DNA of 64,000 bases. Origin: the human T2T-CHM13v2.0 reference genome, Homo sapiens. The translations under genes and the position numbers were made by a program. Numbering within the stretch: position 1 is the first letter of the stretch; every line of letters starts with the position of its first letter. Location: the NCBI RefSeq assembly GCF_009914755.1, contig NC_060927.1, one strand, 5' to 3'. This document shows positions 1-29,689 of the stretch, piece by piece. The notes beneath the pieces were generated by a model that searched no databases, was not told where the DNA came from, and saw only the letters and a program-made list of their open reading frames with translations.

Positions 1-355
1 AAGAGATGAAAGATTGTTTAGATTCCTGGGTCCTATCACAGGAGCTAGGAAACCATGGCATCCTGAGGCCACCTGGCTAAGAACAAACAGGGAACAAGGA
101 AAAAAGGAAACTTAGCAGGGGACCTGAGATGTGCCAGCCCATCAACGAACAGCAAGAACAGAATTAATTTAGGTCAAGGAGAGAATCTAGAGTCCACTGA
201 ACCTCTTTCCTGTTTTTACTGGATTCCTAAAGATTAGAAATATGTGCTTCCCTAAATACATTTTTTAGTAAAGACCCTTTTGACATCAGCTGTGTCAAAT
301 GTACTAAGAAGTGGGGGAAAGGAGATATGTGAAGAATTTTCAGAACTGACGTTCA

Positions 356-535
<180 letters not shown>

Positions 536-562
536 TTAGCCAGGCATGGTGGTGGGTGCCTA

Positions 563-757
<195 letters not shown>

Positions 758-1429
758 TCATGATTATGCTTTAATAAGAAGCCACTGGATTACCTGTGCT
801 GTGACAAAATAGTACATGCGAGCCATCCCTGAATCAGCTAAGTCTCACCTAGCACATTTACAACTGAATGAAAATATGGTCAAATCTAGAAAGCACACAT
901 GTAGAAGGATGGGAGAAATGGTTCTAAAAGGAACACAAAACCACAGAGCACTTAAAATTAAACTGTCTAAACTGCTCACATGTGAAATGATGAGCCTCCT
1001 GGACTTATTTCCTATCACCAATCCCACTGAAGACCAAAGCTGAAGAGAGAAGCTTCCATACAACTGAAAGATAGATGCAAAAGCCTGGTCTCACACATTA
1101 GGTTTCTGGCATGAATGGTAAACTCTGACTCCTTTTCTTCACCACTATCCTACTGTAGCTTAACTGAAAACGTTAAGCACAGTGGGGACAAGTTGACAGG
1201 ACTAAGGCAGAGGTAAACAAGCTCTAAGGTTACTGGGAGAATGGTGTACACACCTCCCTACTGGGGAATTACTCCTCACCATGTTATCTTTTGAAAAACC
1301 TCTACTATCTCTGCTAGGCAGGGTGGCTCACACCTGTAATCTTAGCACTTTGGGAGGCTGAGATGTGTGGATCGCCTGAGCTCAGGAGTTTGAGACCAGC
1401 CTGGGCAACATGGCAAAATACTGTCTCTA

Positions 1430-1678
<249 letters not shown>

Positions 1679-1960
1679 CTATAACACTGGTTTTATACAT
1701 GGAGTTCATCTTAGGTACAAATCTACTACCTTATATTAGCAATATTCACATGTGTCCTATTATTAAAAAAGGGAAAACATGGCAATAAAATTTCATACAT
1801 CTAGGAAAGGTGAAGCCAAAGCTCTGGTCACAGCATTGACCTTTTTAGATTATCTGGGGGCTTTATTTAGGACCCCCTATCAAAAATGGTTACTAGTGGC
1901 CAGGCGCAGTGGCTTACGCCTGCAATCCCAGCACTTTGGGAGGCCGAGGCAGGTGGATCA

Positions 1961-2957
<997 letters not shown>

Positions 2958-4178
2958 TACCTTCTATCTTTCTATGGTATCTCAATGACACCACAAAACT
3001 GTTAGGACTCCAAAGCAGTTTTAAATCACTGAATTCTGAGAGGCACTAAAAATCAGATATGGCTAAAATCTGGAGGACTCTTCCTTTGGGGGTGAAATCA
3101 TTTAAATGCCTTGATGCTTATACTACTCTGAAGATTATCTGAAAATATAGTCAAAGATCAAATTCTTCAGACACAGACACAGATGTATTCAGCTGCAGTT
3201 AGAGACTAAGGCAAAACGTCCACCACAAAATACAACTCCAATGAGTTTTATTCTTTTGAGATAATGTGCTGTTACTCCCACATATGGCCAGGGACCAGCT
3301 CCAGTTCTCTCCTCCAAGGACCAAGTTCCTAGCATCCTGTGTTCCTATTGGACCTCCATCTCAAGGGCCAAACAGCATATTTCTTATATAGTTAGACATT
3401 TAGAAAACAGTGTAAGGAGATTTCAGGGCACAAACTCTACAGAAACTCCCTCTTTCAGACACCACACATCCTGGAGGCAACATAATGACCATCTATTTGA
3501 ACATCCATCATGTAGATAAAGATTTTATTAGAGTCTTAGACTAGGTGGACAAAACAACAACAACAACAACAAAAAACGACTTTATTAAAGGTTACCCAGA
3601 AGCAGATCAGCAACATGGAAATTAGTAGACTATGTGAAGTAAATACGTGAAGAAAACCTATAACAAGGGGTGAACAACCAGCATAATGCCTCACAAAATG
3701 CCATCAAGTTTGACTGCTTCAAGCAGATTAGATTCCAGCTGTCTTCCAACCCTCTAGTGAAATACCAGAATTATTGTTTTTTCTTTCTTTCGAGACAGGG
3801 TCTCACTCTGTCACCCAGGATGGAATGCAGTGGCACGATCACGGGTTACTACAACTTGAATTCTTGGGCTCAGGCGATCCTTCCCACCTCAGCTTCCTGA
3901 GTGGCTGGGACTACAGGCCACCCAGCTATTTTCCCTTCCTTTTTTTTGTAGAGATGAGGTCTCACTTTATTGCCCACGCTGGTCTCCATCTCCCAGCTTC
4001 AAGTGATCCTCCTGCCTTGGCCTCCCAAAGTGCTGCAATTATAGGCCTGAACCACCATGCCCAGCCTAATTATTACTGTTAAGTACTTTAAATATTAGAA
4101 AAGCACTTCTGTCCACCTCATAGACAACCCATAGTTTCAGAGAGATGGGGACTAACCTTCACCTACGCAAACCCATCA

Positions 4179-4559
<381 letters not shown>

Positions 4560-4920
4560 TTAAGAGCAGTTTCCAAATTTCTCCAAATTTCTCCACTCCC
4601 TCAACTTCCTTTCCTGACTCTCATGTGACATCAGGAATTAAACAGCCTGAACATGCAGAGCTCTCAGGATTCTGGGAGTCAGAAACCATGTGAAAAAATC
4701 AATGCCACAATTAACAAATTATGTACCCTTCAATGTGCCAATTCACCTATTTTCCCTGTCAACAGATTTGAGATTACTTATCTACTTCTCAGAGTGAGGT
4801 AATATATGAAAAAACACTTTTCAAATATATGCTATACTGATTCAGCTAAAGCAATGCTAACGTTTTAAAGTCTAAAAGTATTGCAAAAAACCTGTAAAAC
4901 TGGCCGGACGTGGTGGCTCA

Positions 4921-5202
<282 letters not shown>

Positions 5203-5291
5203 TTAATGACCTGGCCGGGCGTGGTGGCTCACTCCTGTAATCCCAGCACTTTGGGAGGTCGAGGCGGGCGGATCACGAGGTCAGGAGATCA

Positions 5292-5528
<237 letters not shown>

Positions 5529-6444
5529 TTAGAAAAAAGGCCAGGTGTGATGGCTTGCACCTGTAAACCCAACATTTCAGGAGACCAAGGCAGGAGGATG
5601 ACTTGAGGCCAGGAGTTCAAGAGCACCCTGGTCAACAGAGAAAGACTCTGTCTCTACAGAAAAAATGAAAATTAGGCAGGCATGGTGGTACATGCAGTCC
5701 CAGTTTGGAGGCTGAGGCACCGAGATTACTTAAGACCAGGAGTTTGAGGTTACAGTAAGCCATGATTGCACCATTGCACTCCAGCCTGGGTGACAGAGTG
5801 AAACCCTGTCTCTCTCTCTTTCATTTATTTTTTCTGGTGAGATGGGGTCTCACTGTTGCCCATGCTGAAGTGGCCTGGCACGATCTTGGCTCACTGTAAC
5901 CTCTGCTTCCTGGGCTCAAACGATCCTCCCAGCTCAGCCCTGAGAGTAACTAAAACTACAGGTATGCACCACCATGCCCAGATAATTTTTGTATTTTTTG
6001 TAAAGACAGGATTTCATCATGTGGCCCAGACTGGTCTCAAACTCCTGTACTCAAGTGATTCACCCACCTCAGCCTCCCAAAGTGCTGGGATTACAGGCAA
6101 GAGCCACAAGCATCTTTAAGAAAGAACAGGCCGGGTGTGGTGGCTCACACCTGCAATCCCGGCACTTTGGGAGGCTGAGGCAGGCGGACCATGAGGTCAG
6201 GAGACTGAGACCAACCTGGCCAACATGGTGAAACCCCGTCTCTACTAAAAATACAAAAATTAGCTGGCAAGGTGGCGGGCGCCTGTAATCATAGCTACTT
6301 GCCCTACTTGGGAGGTTGAGGCAGAAGAATCACTTGAACCCGGGAGGCAGAGGTTACAGTGAGCCAGGATCGTGCCACTGCACTCAAACCTGGGCAACAG
6401 AGCGAGACTCTGTCTCAAAATAATAATAATAATAATAATAATAA

Positions 6445-7960
<1,516 letters not shown>

Positions 7961-8279
7961 ATAGCTACTGGGTGCGGTGGCTCATGCCTGTAATTGCACA
8001 CTTTGGGAGGTGAACGTGAGAGGATCACTTGAGCCCAGGAGTTTGAGACCAGCCTGGGCAACATAGTGAGACCCCATTTCTACAAAAGAAAAAAAAAATA
8101 GCCAGACATGGTGATGCACACCTATAGTCTCAGCTACTCAGGAGGCTGAGGTGGGAGGATTGCTTAATTTCAGGAGTTCAATGCTGCAGTGCGTTATGAT
8201 TGTACCACTGCACTGCAGCCTGGGCAACGAAGCAATTCTAAAACGAGAAAAATTTTAAAATATATACAACAAACAAATT

Positions 8280-8430
8280 ATATATTGATTGTGTATGTTA
8301 TCAGTGAGGCTTCCAGTCAACAGTAGGCTACTAATAATTAAGCTCTGAGGGAGTCAAAAGTTATATGCAGGTTTTTTGACTGTGTGGGGAGTTGACACCC
8401 CAACCCCCACACTGTACAAGAGTCAACTAT
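8280..8430 (+). mobile_element. Tigger2-like DNA transposon 3' fragment
   Basis: cagtcaacagtaggcta..gggagtcaaaagttata..ccccaacccccacactgtacaagagtcaact resembles the recalled Tigger2/MER28 3' end. Confidence 0.6.
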
Positions 8431-8749
8431 ATACATTCAAGAATCCCAATGAAGTCCAGGTGTGGTGGCTCATGCCTGTAATCCCAGCACTTTGGGAGGC
8501 CAAGGCAAGCAGATCACTTGAGGTCGGGAGTTCAAGACCAGCCTGGCCAACATGGCACAATCCCATGTCTACTACAAATACAAAAATTAGCCTGGCGTGG
8601 TAGTGCACACCTGTAATCCCAGCCACTAGGAAGGCTGAGGCATGAGAATCACTTGAGCCTGGGAGGCGGAGGTTGCAGTGAGCAACCTGCACCACTGCAC
8701 TATAGCCTGGGTGACAGAGTGAAACTCTGTCTTGAAAAAAAAAAAAAAG

Positions 8750-9215
8750 AATCCCAATGAACCCAAATAGGATAAACTCAAAGAGACCCATATGAGACAC
8801 ATTATAAAACAAAAACGTGTTATGAAACTATTGAAACCAAAAGACAAGAATGAATATTTAAAGCAGCAAGAGAAAACTGATGCCTCAAGTACAAAAGATC
8901 CTAAACGAGATTAACAGCAGATTTCTCCTCAGAAACCTCCAAAAGGCAGTAGGATAACATATATAAGTCCTAAAGGAAAATACTGTCAACCAAGAATTCT
9001 ACATCTGAAAATACTATCCAAGAATGAAAGAGAAATTAAGACATTTCCAGATAAAGACTAAGGGAGTTGCTAACTACTAGACCAGATCTACAAGAAATGC
9101 TAAAGGGAGTCCTTCAGGCTAAAATGAAGGGACACCAGACAGTAGCTAAAAAGAAAAAGAAAAAATATAGAACACTGGTAAGGGTAACTACATAAGTAAA
9201 CATAAAAGCCACTGT
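8750..9215 (+). mobile_element. Old L1 ORF1-region fragment
   Basis: aaagcagcaagagaaaa, ttaacagcagatttctcctcagaaac, caaccaagaattctacatc and gaaattaagacatttccagataaa are typical of L1 ORF1. Confidence 0.7.
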
Positions 9216-9870
9216 AGGCAGGGCGTGGTGGCTCACGCCTGTAATCCCAGCACTTTGGGAGGCCGCGGCAGGCAGATCATGAGGTCAGGAGATGGAGACC
9301 ATCCTGGCCAACATGGTCAAACTCTGTTTCTACTTAAAAAAAAAAAAAAAAAAAAAAATTAGCAGGGCATGGTGGCACGTGCCTGTAATCCCAGCTACTT
9401 GGGAGGCTGAAGCAGAAGAATCACTTGAACATGGGAATCAGAGGTTGCAGGGAGCTGAGATCGCCACTGCACTCCAGCCTGGCAACAGAGCGAGACTCGT
9501 CTTAAAAAAAAAAAAAAAAAAGGGCCGCTGTCACTGTACCTTTGGTTTATCATTTATCTCTTTTTCATATACCACTTAATAGTCAACTGATACATAAACT
9601 ATGTAAAAATCTACATTACCCAGGCACTGTGGCTCACACCTGTAATCCCAGCACTTTGGAAGGCTAGGGCAGGTGGGTCACTTGAGACCAGGAGTTCAAG
9701 ACCAGACTGGGCAACACAGCGAAACCCCATATCTAAAAAAAAAACACACAAAGCCAGGCGCGGTGGCTCACGCCTGTAATCCCAATACTTTGTGAGGCCG
9801 AAGCGGGCAGATGACGAGGTCAGGAGATCAAGACCATCCTGGCTAACATGGTGAAAGCCCGTCTCTACTA

Positions 9871-10254
<384 letters not shown>

Positions 10255-10410
10255 TCACAACTGTAATCCCAGCACTTTGGGAGGCCAAGGCAGGTGGCTC
10301 ACTTGAGGTCAGGAGTTCGAGACCAGCCTGGCCAACCTGGTGAAACTCTGTCTCTACTAAAAATTAAAACATCAGTTGGGTGTGGTGGTGGGCACCTGTA
10401 ATCCCAGCTA

Positions 10411-10518
<108 letters not shown>

Positions 10519-11614
10519 TTAAAAAAAAAAAAGAAAGAAATCGGCCAGGTACAGTGGCTCACACCTGTAATCCCAGCACTTTGGGAGGCTGAGGCGAGCA
10601 GATCACTAGGTCAGGAGTTTGAGACCAGCCTGACCAACATGGCAAAACCCCGTCTCTACTAAAAATACAAAAATTAGCGGGCATGGTGGTGGGCATCTGT
10701 AATCCCAGCTACTCGGAAGGCTAAGGCAGGAGAATCACTTGAACCCTGGAGGCAGAGGTTGCAGCGAGCGTGCCACTGCACTCCAGCCGGGGTGACAAGA
10801 GCAAGACTCCGTCTCAAAAAAAAAAAAAAAAAAAAAAAAAAAGAAAGAAATCCAAGGGCCTGAAATCCTACAGTTTTGGGAAGCCATGGCAGGAGGATTG
10901 CTTAAGCTCAGTTTGAGACCAGCCTGGGCAACTTAACAAGATCCCATCTCCACAAAATTTTTTTTTTTATTTTTAAAAAATCAGCTGAGTTGCACTGGCT
11001 CATACCAGTAGTCTCGGCTACTTGGAAGGCTGAGGCAGGCAGGCAGTCACTCAAGCCCAGGAGTTTGAGGCTGCAGTGAGCTACATTCATATCACTCATT
11101 CCAGCCTGGGTGACAGGATGAGACCCTATCTCTTAAAAAATAATAATAATTGGCCAGGCGCGGTGGCTCACGCCTGTAATCCCAACACTTTGGGAGGCCG
11201 AGGTGGGCAGATCACCTGAGGTCAGGGGTTCAAGACAAGCCTGGCTAACATGGTGAAACCCCATCTCTACTAAAAATACAAAAAAGTAGCCAGTTGTGGT
11301 GGCACGTGCCTGTAATCCCAGGTACTCGGGGGGCTAAAACAGGAGAATCACTTGAACCGGGAGGCGGAAACTGTGGTGAGCAGAGATCACGCCACTGCAC
11401 TCCAGGCTAGGTGACAGAGTGAGACTCCATCTCAAAAAATAATAATAACAACAACTTAAAAAAATAAAATTAGTCTGGGTACAGTGGCTCATACCTGTAA
11501 TCTCAACACTTTGGGAGGCTGATGCAGGTGGATCACTTAAGCCCAAGAGTTTGAGACCACCCTGAGCAATATAGTGAGATCCCATCTCTATTCTAAAAAA
11601 CCGATTAATTAATT

Positions 11615-15889
<4,275 letters not shown>

Positions 15890-16074
15890 CTACAGAAAAT
15901 TTTTTTAATTAGCTGGGTGCAGCAGTGCACACCTGTAGTCCCAGCTACTTGGGAAGCTGAGGTGGGAAGATCCCTTGAGCCCAAGGTGGGTTCAAGGTGG
16001 CAGTGAGCTATAATTGCACCACTGTACTCCAGCCTGGGTGACAAAACAAGACCCTTTCCCTTAAAAAAAAAAAA

Positions 16075-16567
<493 letters not shown>

Positions 16568-17826
16568 TAGCCAATTTCTCATTACTCCAGTCTCTGTTAC
16601 AGTTAATAATTCTTTTTTTTTTTTACATAGAGACAGGGTCTCACTACGTTGCCCAGGCTGGTCTTGAACTCTTGAGCTTTTTTTTTTTTTTAAAGACAGA
16701 GTCTCACTCTCACCCAGGCAGGAGTGCAGTGGTATGATCACTGCTCACTGCAGCCTCCAACTCCTATGCTCAAGTGATCCTCCTACCTCAGCCTCCCCAG
16801 TTGCTGGAATTTTAGGCATGTCCCACCATGCCCAGCTAATTGTTTATTTTTTGGTAGATAAGCGGGCCTTGCTGGGTTGTCCAGGCTGGTTTTGAACTTC
16901 TAAGCTTAACTGATCCTCCTGCCTCAGCCTCTCAAAGTGCTGGAATTACAGGCATGAGCCATTGCACCTGGCCAATTAATAATTTTGTATATAGTCCCAA
17001 TTCTACCAATGAAAAGTAATACTGTAAACAGTCAAGTTAATATGCTTAAGGGTCCAAGTGGTCCTGCCTGGTACACTCTGCTTCATGAAATTACTCAAAC
17101 TTAATATGGGCTCCCTGGCACCAAGGTCAGCACTTACTTTAGAGACACCTGCAAAATATGTAAGATAGCCACATACTGGCCGGGCGCGGTGGCTCACGCC
17201 TGTAATCCCAGCACTTTGGGAGGCCGAGGTGGGTGGATCACAAGGTCAGGATATCGAGACCATCCTGGCTAACACAGTGAAACCCCATCTCTACTAAAAA
17301 ATACAAAAAATTAGCTGGGCGTGGTGGCGGGCGCCTGTAGTCCCAGCTACTTAGGAGGCTGAGGCAGGAGAATGGCGTGACCCTGGGAGGCGGAGCCTGC
17401 AGTGAGCCAGTGAGCCGAGATCGCACCACTGCACTCCAGCCTGGGCAACAGAGCAAGACTCCGTCTCAAAAATTAATAAATAAAAAAGATAGCCACATAT
17501 TTTATAATACATCTTCCCAAATAGAGAAGAAGCTTTTTAATATTCATTATATTTTCTATGCTAGTGAACTCACTTTAATTTTTGCTGCACTGTCTCCAGG
17601 TAAAGTACCAAAAACAGTAAACCAAAATAGCCTATGTATATCCTGCCTAGCATGCTGCTTGACCCTGATCCATACAACATCTTCAAGTTGAGCATAAGTC
17701 TTTATAAATAAGTTTCAGAATATTCACTAGCTAGGCATGGTGGTATACATGGGAGGCTGAGGCAGCAGGATCACTTGAGCCCAGGAATTCGAGACCAGCA
17801 TGAGTAACATTAGCAAGACTCTCTCT

Positions 17827-17830
<4 letters not shown>

Positions 17831-17867
<37 letters not shown>

Positions 17868-17875
17868 CACACACA
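17831..17875. repeat. (CA)n microsatellite, 18 units plus an interrupted tail
   Basis: Read directly from the sequence. Confidence 0.95.
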
Positions 17876-17989
17876 TAAAACCAGAATACTCACCACCAAA
17901 CCAATTTTTTGTCCGAATTGCAACTATAAAGTCTCCAAATTAGTCAGGGACCATTAAATTTAAATTTGCAGGCCGGGCACAGTGGCTCA

Positions 17990-18304
<315 letters not shown>

Positions 18305-18594
18305 TCAAATACATATTGAGTATCTACAGAGTAAGACCATGTAGTATATTATTACTAACAAGACAAAAATAATTCCTGCCTTCAGAGAACTGAAAGTCAG
18401 TATGGCCCAAGAAGTTAATGGTAAAACAATGAAATATTACAAATTCAGCTATGCATAATAGGTGACCTGTGGAAATGACTTTTAATGGGAGAGGGAATTT
18501 AAGGGATGAATACTTATCAACAAAAGCACTGTCTGTGGCTCCCAGACATTAAAGTCTAGAACACTTAGCTAGGGCTCTGACACAAGAAACTATA

Positions 18595-20639
<2,045 letters not shown>

Positions 20640-21223
20640 TATATTAATATGATTCCATTTATGTGAAACTTCTAAGAAACGCAAATTTAATCTACAGTGA
20701 TAGAAAGATTGGCACCTGTCTGTGTCCAAGAAAGCAGGCTGGGGTTGACTGGAAAGGGAAATAAGAGTACCTTCTATGACTAACTGACATCTTTTCACTG
20801 GGCCGGGCACAGTGGCGCATGCCTGTAATCCCAGCACTTGGGGAGGCCAAGGTGGATGGATCACTTGAGGTCAGGAGTTCGAGACAAGCCTGGTCAACAT
20901 GGCAAAACCCCATCTCTACTAAAAAAATCAAGAATCAGTCCATTGTGGTGGCACATGCCTGTAATCCCTGCTACTCTGGAGGCTGAGGCACAAAAATCAC
21001 TTGAACCTAGGAGGCGGAGGTTGCAGTGAGCCAAGATGGCACCACTGCACCCCAATCAGGGTGACAGAGCAAGACTCTGTCTCCAAAAACAGAAATCTTT
21101 TCAATGAAGTGAAATAGACATCTGTTGGGCCAGGTGCAGTGGTTCATGCCTGTAATCCCAACACCTTGGGAGGCCGAGGTGGATGGATTGCCTGAGGTCA
21201 AGAGATCGAAACCATCCTGGCTA

Positions 21224-21403
<180 letters not shown>

Positions 21404-21599
21404 CTATCTCAAAAAAAAAAGAAAAAAAGAAAAATTATACCACAATAAAGTTGGAAATTTCTTTAAAAACAATGATAAAGGGCCAGGCGTGGTGGCTCAC
21501 GCCTGTAATCCCAGCACTTTGGGAAGCCGAGATGGGCGGATCACAAGGTCAGGAGATCGAGACCATCCTGGCTAACATGGTGAAACCTTGTCTCTACTA

Positions 21600-21800
<201 letters not shown>

Positions 21801-21910
21801 TCAAAGATCAGAGATCAGCTGGCCATTTCTGGTGTGCAGGGGATTTTCTTTAACAGTGAAATGACTTTTTTTTTTTAAGACGGGGTCTCTCAGCTGGGTG
21901 TGGTGGCTCA

Positions 21911-22171
<261 letters not shown>

Positions 22172-22401
22172 TCAAAAAAAAAAAAAAGGCAGGGTCTTGG
22201 CAAGGTGTGGTGGCTCATGCCTGTAATCCCGGCATTTTGGGAGGCCAAGGCAGGTGGATGGCTTGAGGTCAGGAGGTCAAGACTAGCCTGGCCAACACGG
22301 TGAAACTTCGTCTCTACTAAAAATACAAAAATTAGCTGGGCATGGTGGTAGGTGCCTGTAATCCCAGCTACTCAGGAGGCTGAGGCAGGAAAATCAGTTG
22401 A

Positions 22402-22710
<309 letters not shown>

Positions 22711-22784
22711 TGATCCTACTGCCTCAGCCTCCAAAGTGCTAGGATTACGGGGATGAGCCACCATGTCCAGCCAATACGTTTTTA

Positions 22785-23470
22785 ATTAACAGCTTTATTG
22801 ATATATTATTCACACATCATACGGTTCACCCATTAAGGTGTACAATTCAATGATTTTAAGTATAAAATTTAAAAAAAGTATAAAATATTCAGAAATAGGA
22901 GCAACCATCACAATTTTAGAATGTTTTAATCATCTCAAAAAGAGATTCCATACTCTTAAGCTATCTTTTTCCCTATCCCCTACAACCACCTCCAAGCCCT
23001 AAGCAATCACTAATGTACTTTCTGTTTCTATAGAATTGCCTATTCTGGATATTTCACATAAATGGAATCATGTAAATGTGAACTTTTGTATCTGACTTCT
23101 TTCACTTTAACATGTTTTCAAGGTTCATCCATGTTGTAACATGTATCACACTTCGTTCCTTTTTATTGCAGAGTAATGTTCCCTTGTATGTATACACCAC
23201 ATTTTATCTGTCAGTTGATGGACATTTGGGTTGCTTCTCCTTTTGGCTATTATGAATAATGCTGCCATAAACATTCATGTACAAGTTTTTGTGTGAACAT
23301 TTGTTTTCATTTCTCTTGGGTAGATAGCCAGGAGGGAGATTGCTGGGTCATATGGTAACTCTATGTTTAACCACATAAAGACTGTTTTCCCAAGTGGCCC
23401 ACTTGACATTCCCACCAACAATGTATGAGGTCTCTAATTTCTCCATATTTCCATCAACATACGACATCAT
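22785..23470 (-). mobile_element. L1MB-like 3' end on the minus strand
   Basis: ttctggatatttcacataaatggaatcat, aaggttcatccatgttgta, gttgatggacatttgggttg, gctgggtcatatggtaactctatgtttaac. Confidence 0.75.
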
Positions 23471-23524
23471 CTGATTTTTTTTACTACAGAGTAAGTTGTT
23501 TAATGATTGTTCATTCAATCATAA

Positions 23525-23677
<153 letters not shown>

Positions 23678-24154
23678 TGAATGCCACTATGCTCGTTTAA
23701 CTTTTACTTTTTTTTTGCAGAGATGGGGTCTCACTATGTTGCCCAGGCTGGTCTCAAACTCCTGGGCCCAAGCAATTTGCCTGCTTCAACCTCCAAAAGT
23801 TCTGGAATTATGGGCATGAGCTACGGCACCTGGCCTACACCTAGATTTTTATGTATTTATAAGATGCTCTTATTCATCAACATTGAATTTTAGACTTGAA
23901 AAGAGTCCAGTCCTAGACCTGCTCCCCTACCCTGCCCTCCTTTTATATAATGAGACAGGAATAAATAAGCTAAACCCACAAATAAAATTTTACAAAAGAG
24001 ATCAGCAGATTTTCTAGGCACTCAACAAAACAAAGTCCCTAACAGAGATCCAGCACTGAAGTGAACATGTGTTCCCATCAAAGCTCATTTGTTACATCTT
24101 CTAAATAAACGTAACTTCAAACCACAGTAGCACACGAGAATCTTTATCATCTTT

Positions 24155-24158
<4 letters not shown>

Positions 24159-24222
<64 letters not shown>
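24159..24222. repeat. Perfect (CA)32 microsatellite
   Basis: Read directly from the sequence. Confidence 0.97.
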
Positions 24223-24224
<2 letters not shown>

Positions 24225-24964
24225 CTTAGGCTTTCCTACCCAGAATCTATTGCTCAAATTCTGCTGTAGTAGGAGAAATGAAAACCTATATTTAAAAATT
24301 AGTGCAAAAGCACAGATCCAGAGCCACAAAGACACAAAATGCCTGACTGCTTCCTTGTTGCAAGTCAGAAACAAGAGTGTACTGTGCGTCTTTCCCCAGC
24401 TCTGCCCATCACTGTTCCTTATAGCGTCAGGGCTGCACTGGGAGGAGGGCAGGCAGCAAATACTGCCATTTACAGCAGCCCAAGGAGGCAGTGAGATCAA
24501 GCCACAACAAAGAAAAGGGCCTAAAAATGTTTGCATCCAGTGCCATGCTCACAGAAATGTTTTCCTAGAAAAGTGGCACTTTAACCAGGAAGGGCTCTTT
24601 CCAGGCCTTAGTTCTGCCCTTTGAGCAAGTTCTGTCTCTGTTCTGCAGCACTAAGGGATGGGCCTGCCTCTATAAAGCACTAGAGTTAACATATGCAAGC
24701 ACTTCAAGGCAAGGCAGGGTGGAGGCAGAAATTCATAGCCACCAAATCCCCACTTCTACTTGCCCACTCCCTTCTATTTCCCTGTTTAATTACAAAAGGT
24801 GTTTCCAACTCAGACAAATCTAGTACATCTTTATAAATATTTGGTCCTCATCTACTACGTACAGGCGCAAAAAGACACAAAAAGTGTAAAATACAGTCCC
24901 TGTCAGAAAAGGATTATTAGGCCCTACCAGAGGAAACAAAAAAGATTTTTTTTTTTTTTTTTGA

Positions 24965-25105
<141 letters not shown>

Positions 25106-25804
25106 TGACTAATTTTTTGTATTTTTAGTAGAGACAGAGTTTCACCATGTTGGCTAGGCTGGTCTCGAACTCCTGACCTCAGGTGATCCACCCGCTGTGG
25201 CCTCCCAAAGTGCTGGGATTACAGGCGTGACCCACTGTGCCGGCCTAAAAAATTATTCTTAAAAGAGCAAATACTATTTTGATGTTTGTTTCAGAGCAAT
25301 AATGTAACTGCAGTTCAAAGGGTATGAAATATATCCCCAGGAGCAGAAATGTTTTGGGGACGTTTTATAAAGAAGGTAGGTAGAAATGGAGCTGGACTAT
25401 GGACAAGGGAAAAGCTGAAGCAAAAGGTCATCTCCACAGGCCATAGGTCACTGGATTCAGCCATGAGAGGATTTGTGCAGAGAAAGAGTATGTATGGAAT
25501 GTTTAGCAAACCATTTGGTTAGTGGGGATTAGGATAAACCCTGAGGAGGTAGGCTGGAGCCAGCTGGACTATATCACCTTAAATGCCACATTAGGACATC
25601 AGATCTCATCCCATAAGCCTGTAGCAGTTCCTGATTTCAGTGCAGGATCTCCGTAGTCTGTACAGTGTGAAAAACTCCTGAAATTGGCCAGGCAAGGTGA
25701 CTCACATTCATAATCCAGCACTTTGGGAGGCCGAGGTGGGAGGATCACTCAAACCCAGGAGTTAGAGACCAGCCTGGGCAACAAACAAGACATCATGTCC
25801 ATTA

Positions 25805-25972
<168 letters not shown>

Positions 25973-25991
25973 TCAAAAAAAAATTAAGTAA

Positions 25992-26181
<190 letters not shown>

Positions 26182-26521
26182 TAGCTGGGATTACAGGTGC
26201 ACGCCACCACACCTGGCTAATCTTTGTAGTTTTAGTAGAGACGGTTTTTCACCATGTTGGTCAGGCTGGTATGGAACTCCTGACCTCGTGACCCGCCCAC
26301 CTTGGCCTCCCACAGTGCTGGGATTACAGGCTTGAGCCACCGCGCCCGGCCTGGAGGGTCTACTATTATAACAACAGTCTGACACATTTGCACTTAAAAA
26401 TGCCCATCACAAGCCAGGCACAGTGGCTCATGCCTGCACTTTAGGAACCCGAGGCAGGAGGATCATTTGCACCCACGAGTTTGAGACTAGCCTGAGCAAC
26501 ATAGTGAGACCCCCATCTCTA

Positions 26522-27174
<653 letters not shown>

Positions 27175-27433
27175 TCACCCCTGTAATCCCAGGCCAAGGC
27201 TGAGGCAGGTGGATCACCTGTCAGGAGTGACCAGCCTGGCCAACATGGTGAAACCCTGTCTCAGAAAAAAAAAAAAAGCAGGGGCTTGGGACAATTTTGA
27301 AAAGCTAATATTTTTGCTGGGTGCAGTAGCTCTCGCCTGTAATCCCAGCACTTTGGGAGGCCGAGGTAGACGGATCATGAGGTCAGGAGATCGAGACCAT
27401 CCTGGCTAACACGGTGAAACCCCGTCTCTCCTA

Positions 27434-27649
<216 letters not shown>

Positions 27650-27741
27650 TCAAGAACTGCCCAAGGAACTGGTCTTACCAAGATTATAATGAACTAAAGA
27701 TTCAAAAAATGGCCCTGAAGGACAATGAAATAAATAACTAA

Positions 27742-28086
<345 letters not shown>

Positions 28087-28310
28087 TAGGCTAATCTCTT
28101 AACTACTGACCTCAGGTGATCCGCCCGCCTCAGCCTCCCAAAGTGCTGGGATTACAGACATGAGCTACCGCACCTGGCCTCTTTCAAAATTATACATTCA
28201 GAGGTGACAAGATCCTGATAGAAGTGCACAAAGTAGGCTAGGCGCGTGACCAGGCACAGTGGCTCACGCCTGTAATCCCAGCACTTTGGGAGGCCAAGGC
28301 AGGCGGATCA

Positions 28311-28565
<255 letters not shown>

Positions 28566-28568
28566 TCA

Positions 28569-28826
<258 letters not shown>

Positions 28827-28829
28827 TCA

Positions 28830-28861
<32 letters not shown>

Positions 28862-29174
28862 GTGCACAAAGTATTGTCGCTTGACTTCTTAGTCATCTCA
28901 TGCAGGCATATTCTATGACCACATACAAGAAGACTGTACAAAGAACCAAAGAGGCCACAGGTCAAGAGAAATGTGTTTTGGAGCAATGAGAACTCTTCCT
29001 AGACCTGCACACTCTACTGAGGATCTCCAACTTGCCCAAATTCACAGGAAAGGGGCTTGAAGGTGTTTTCACTGAGCAAGATAATTTTAGTACTGTTAAA
29101 AGTTAATTTGCGCCGGGCATAGTGGCTCACACTTGTAACCCCAGCACTTTGGGAGGCCAAGGGGGGGTGGATCA

Positions 29175-29483
<309 letters not shown>

Positions 29484-29689
29484 CTACGTTTCCTTTGTCT
29501 CCTATGGCGAGCATCCCTTTAGGAGATAAAATCAAGTCATCACCATAATACTCACTTTCTCCTAAAGCAAAAAGAGGAAGACATTACCACTCTCCAAAAA
29601 GTGGTGGTGAAGAACCAAAGAAATTATGTTCCAAAATAAAACTCAGCCATTATGGACATTTAACCAGGTTCTTTGCGAGGAAAACGGTG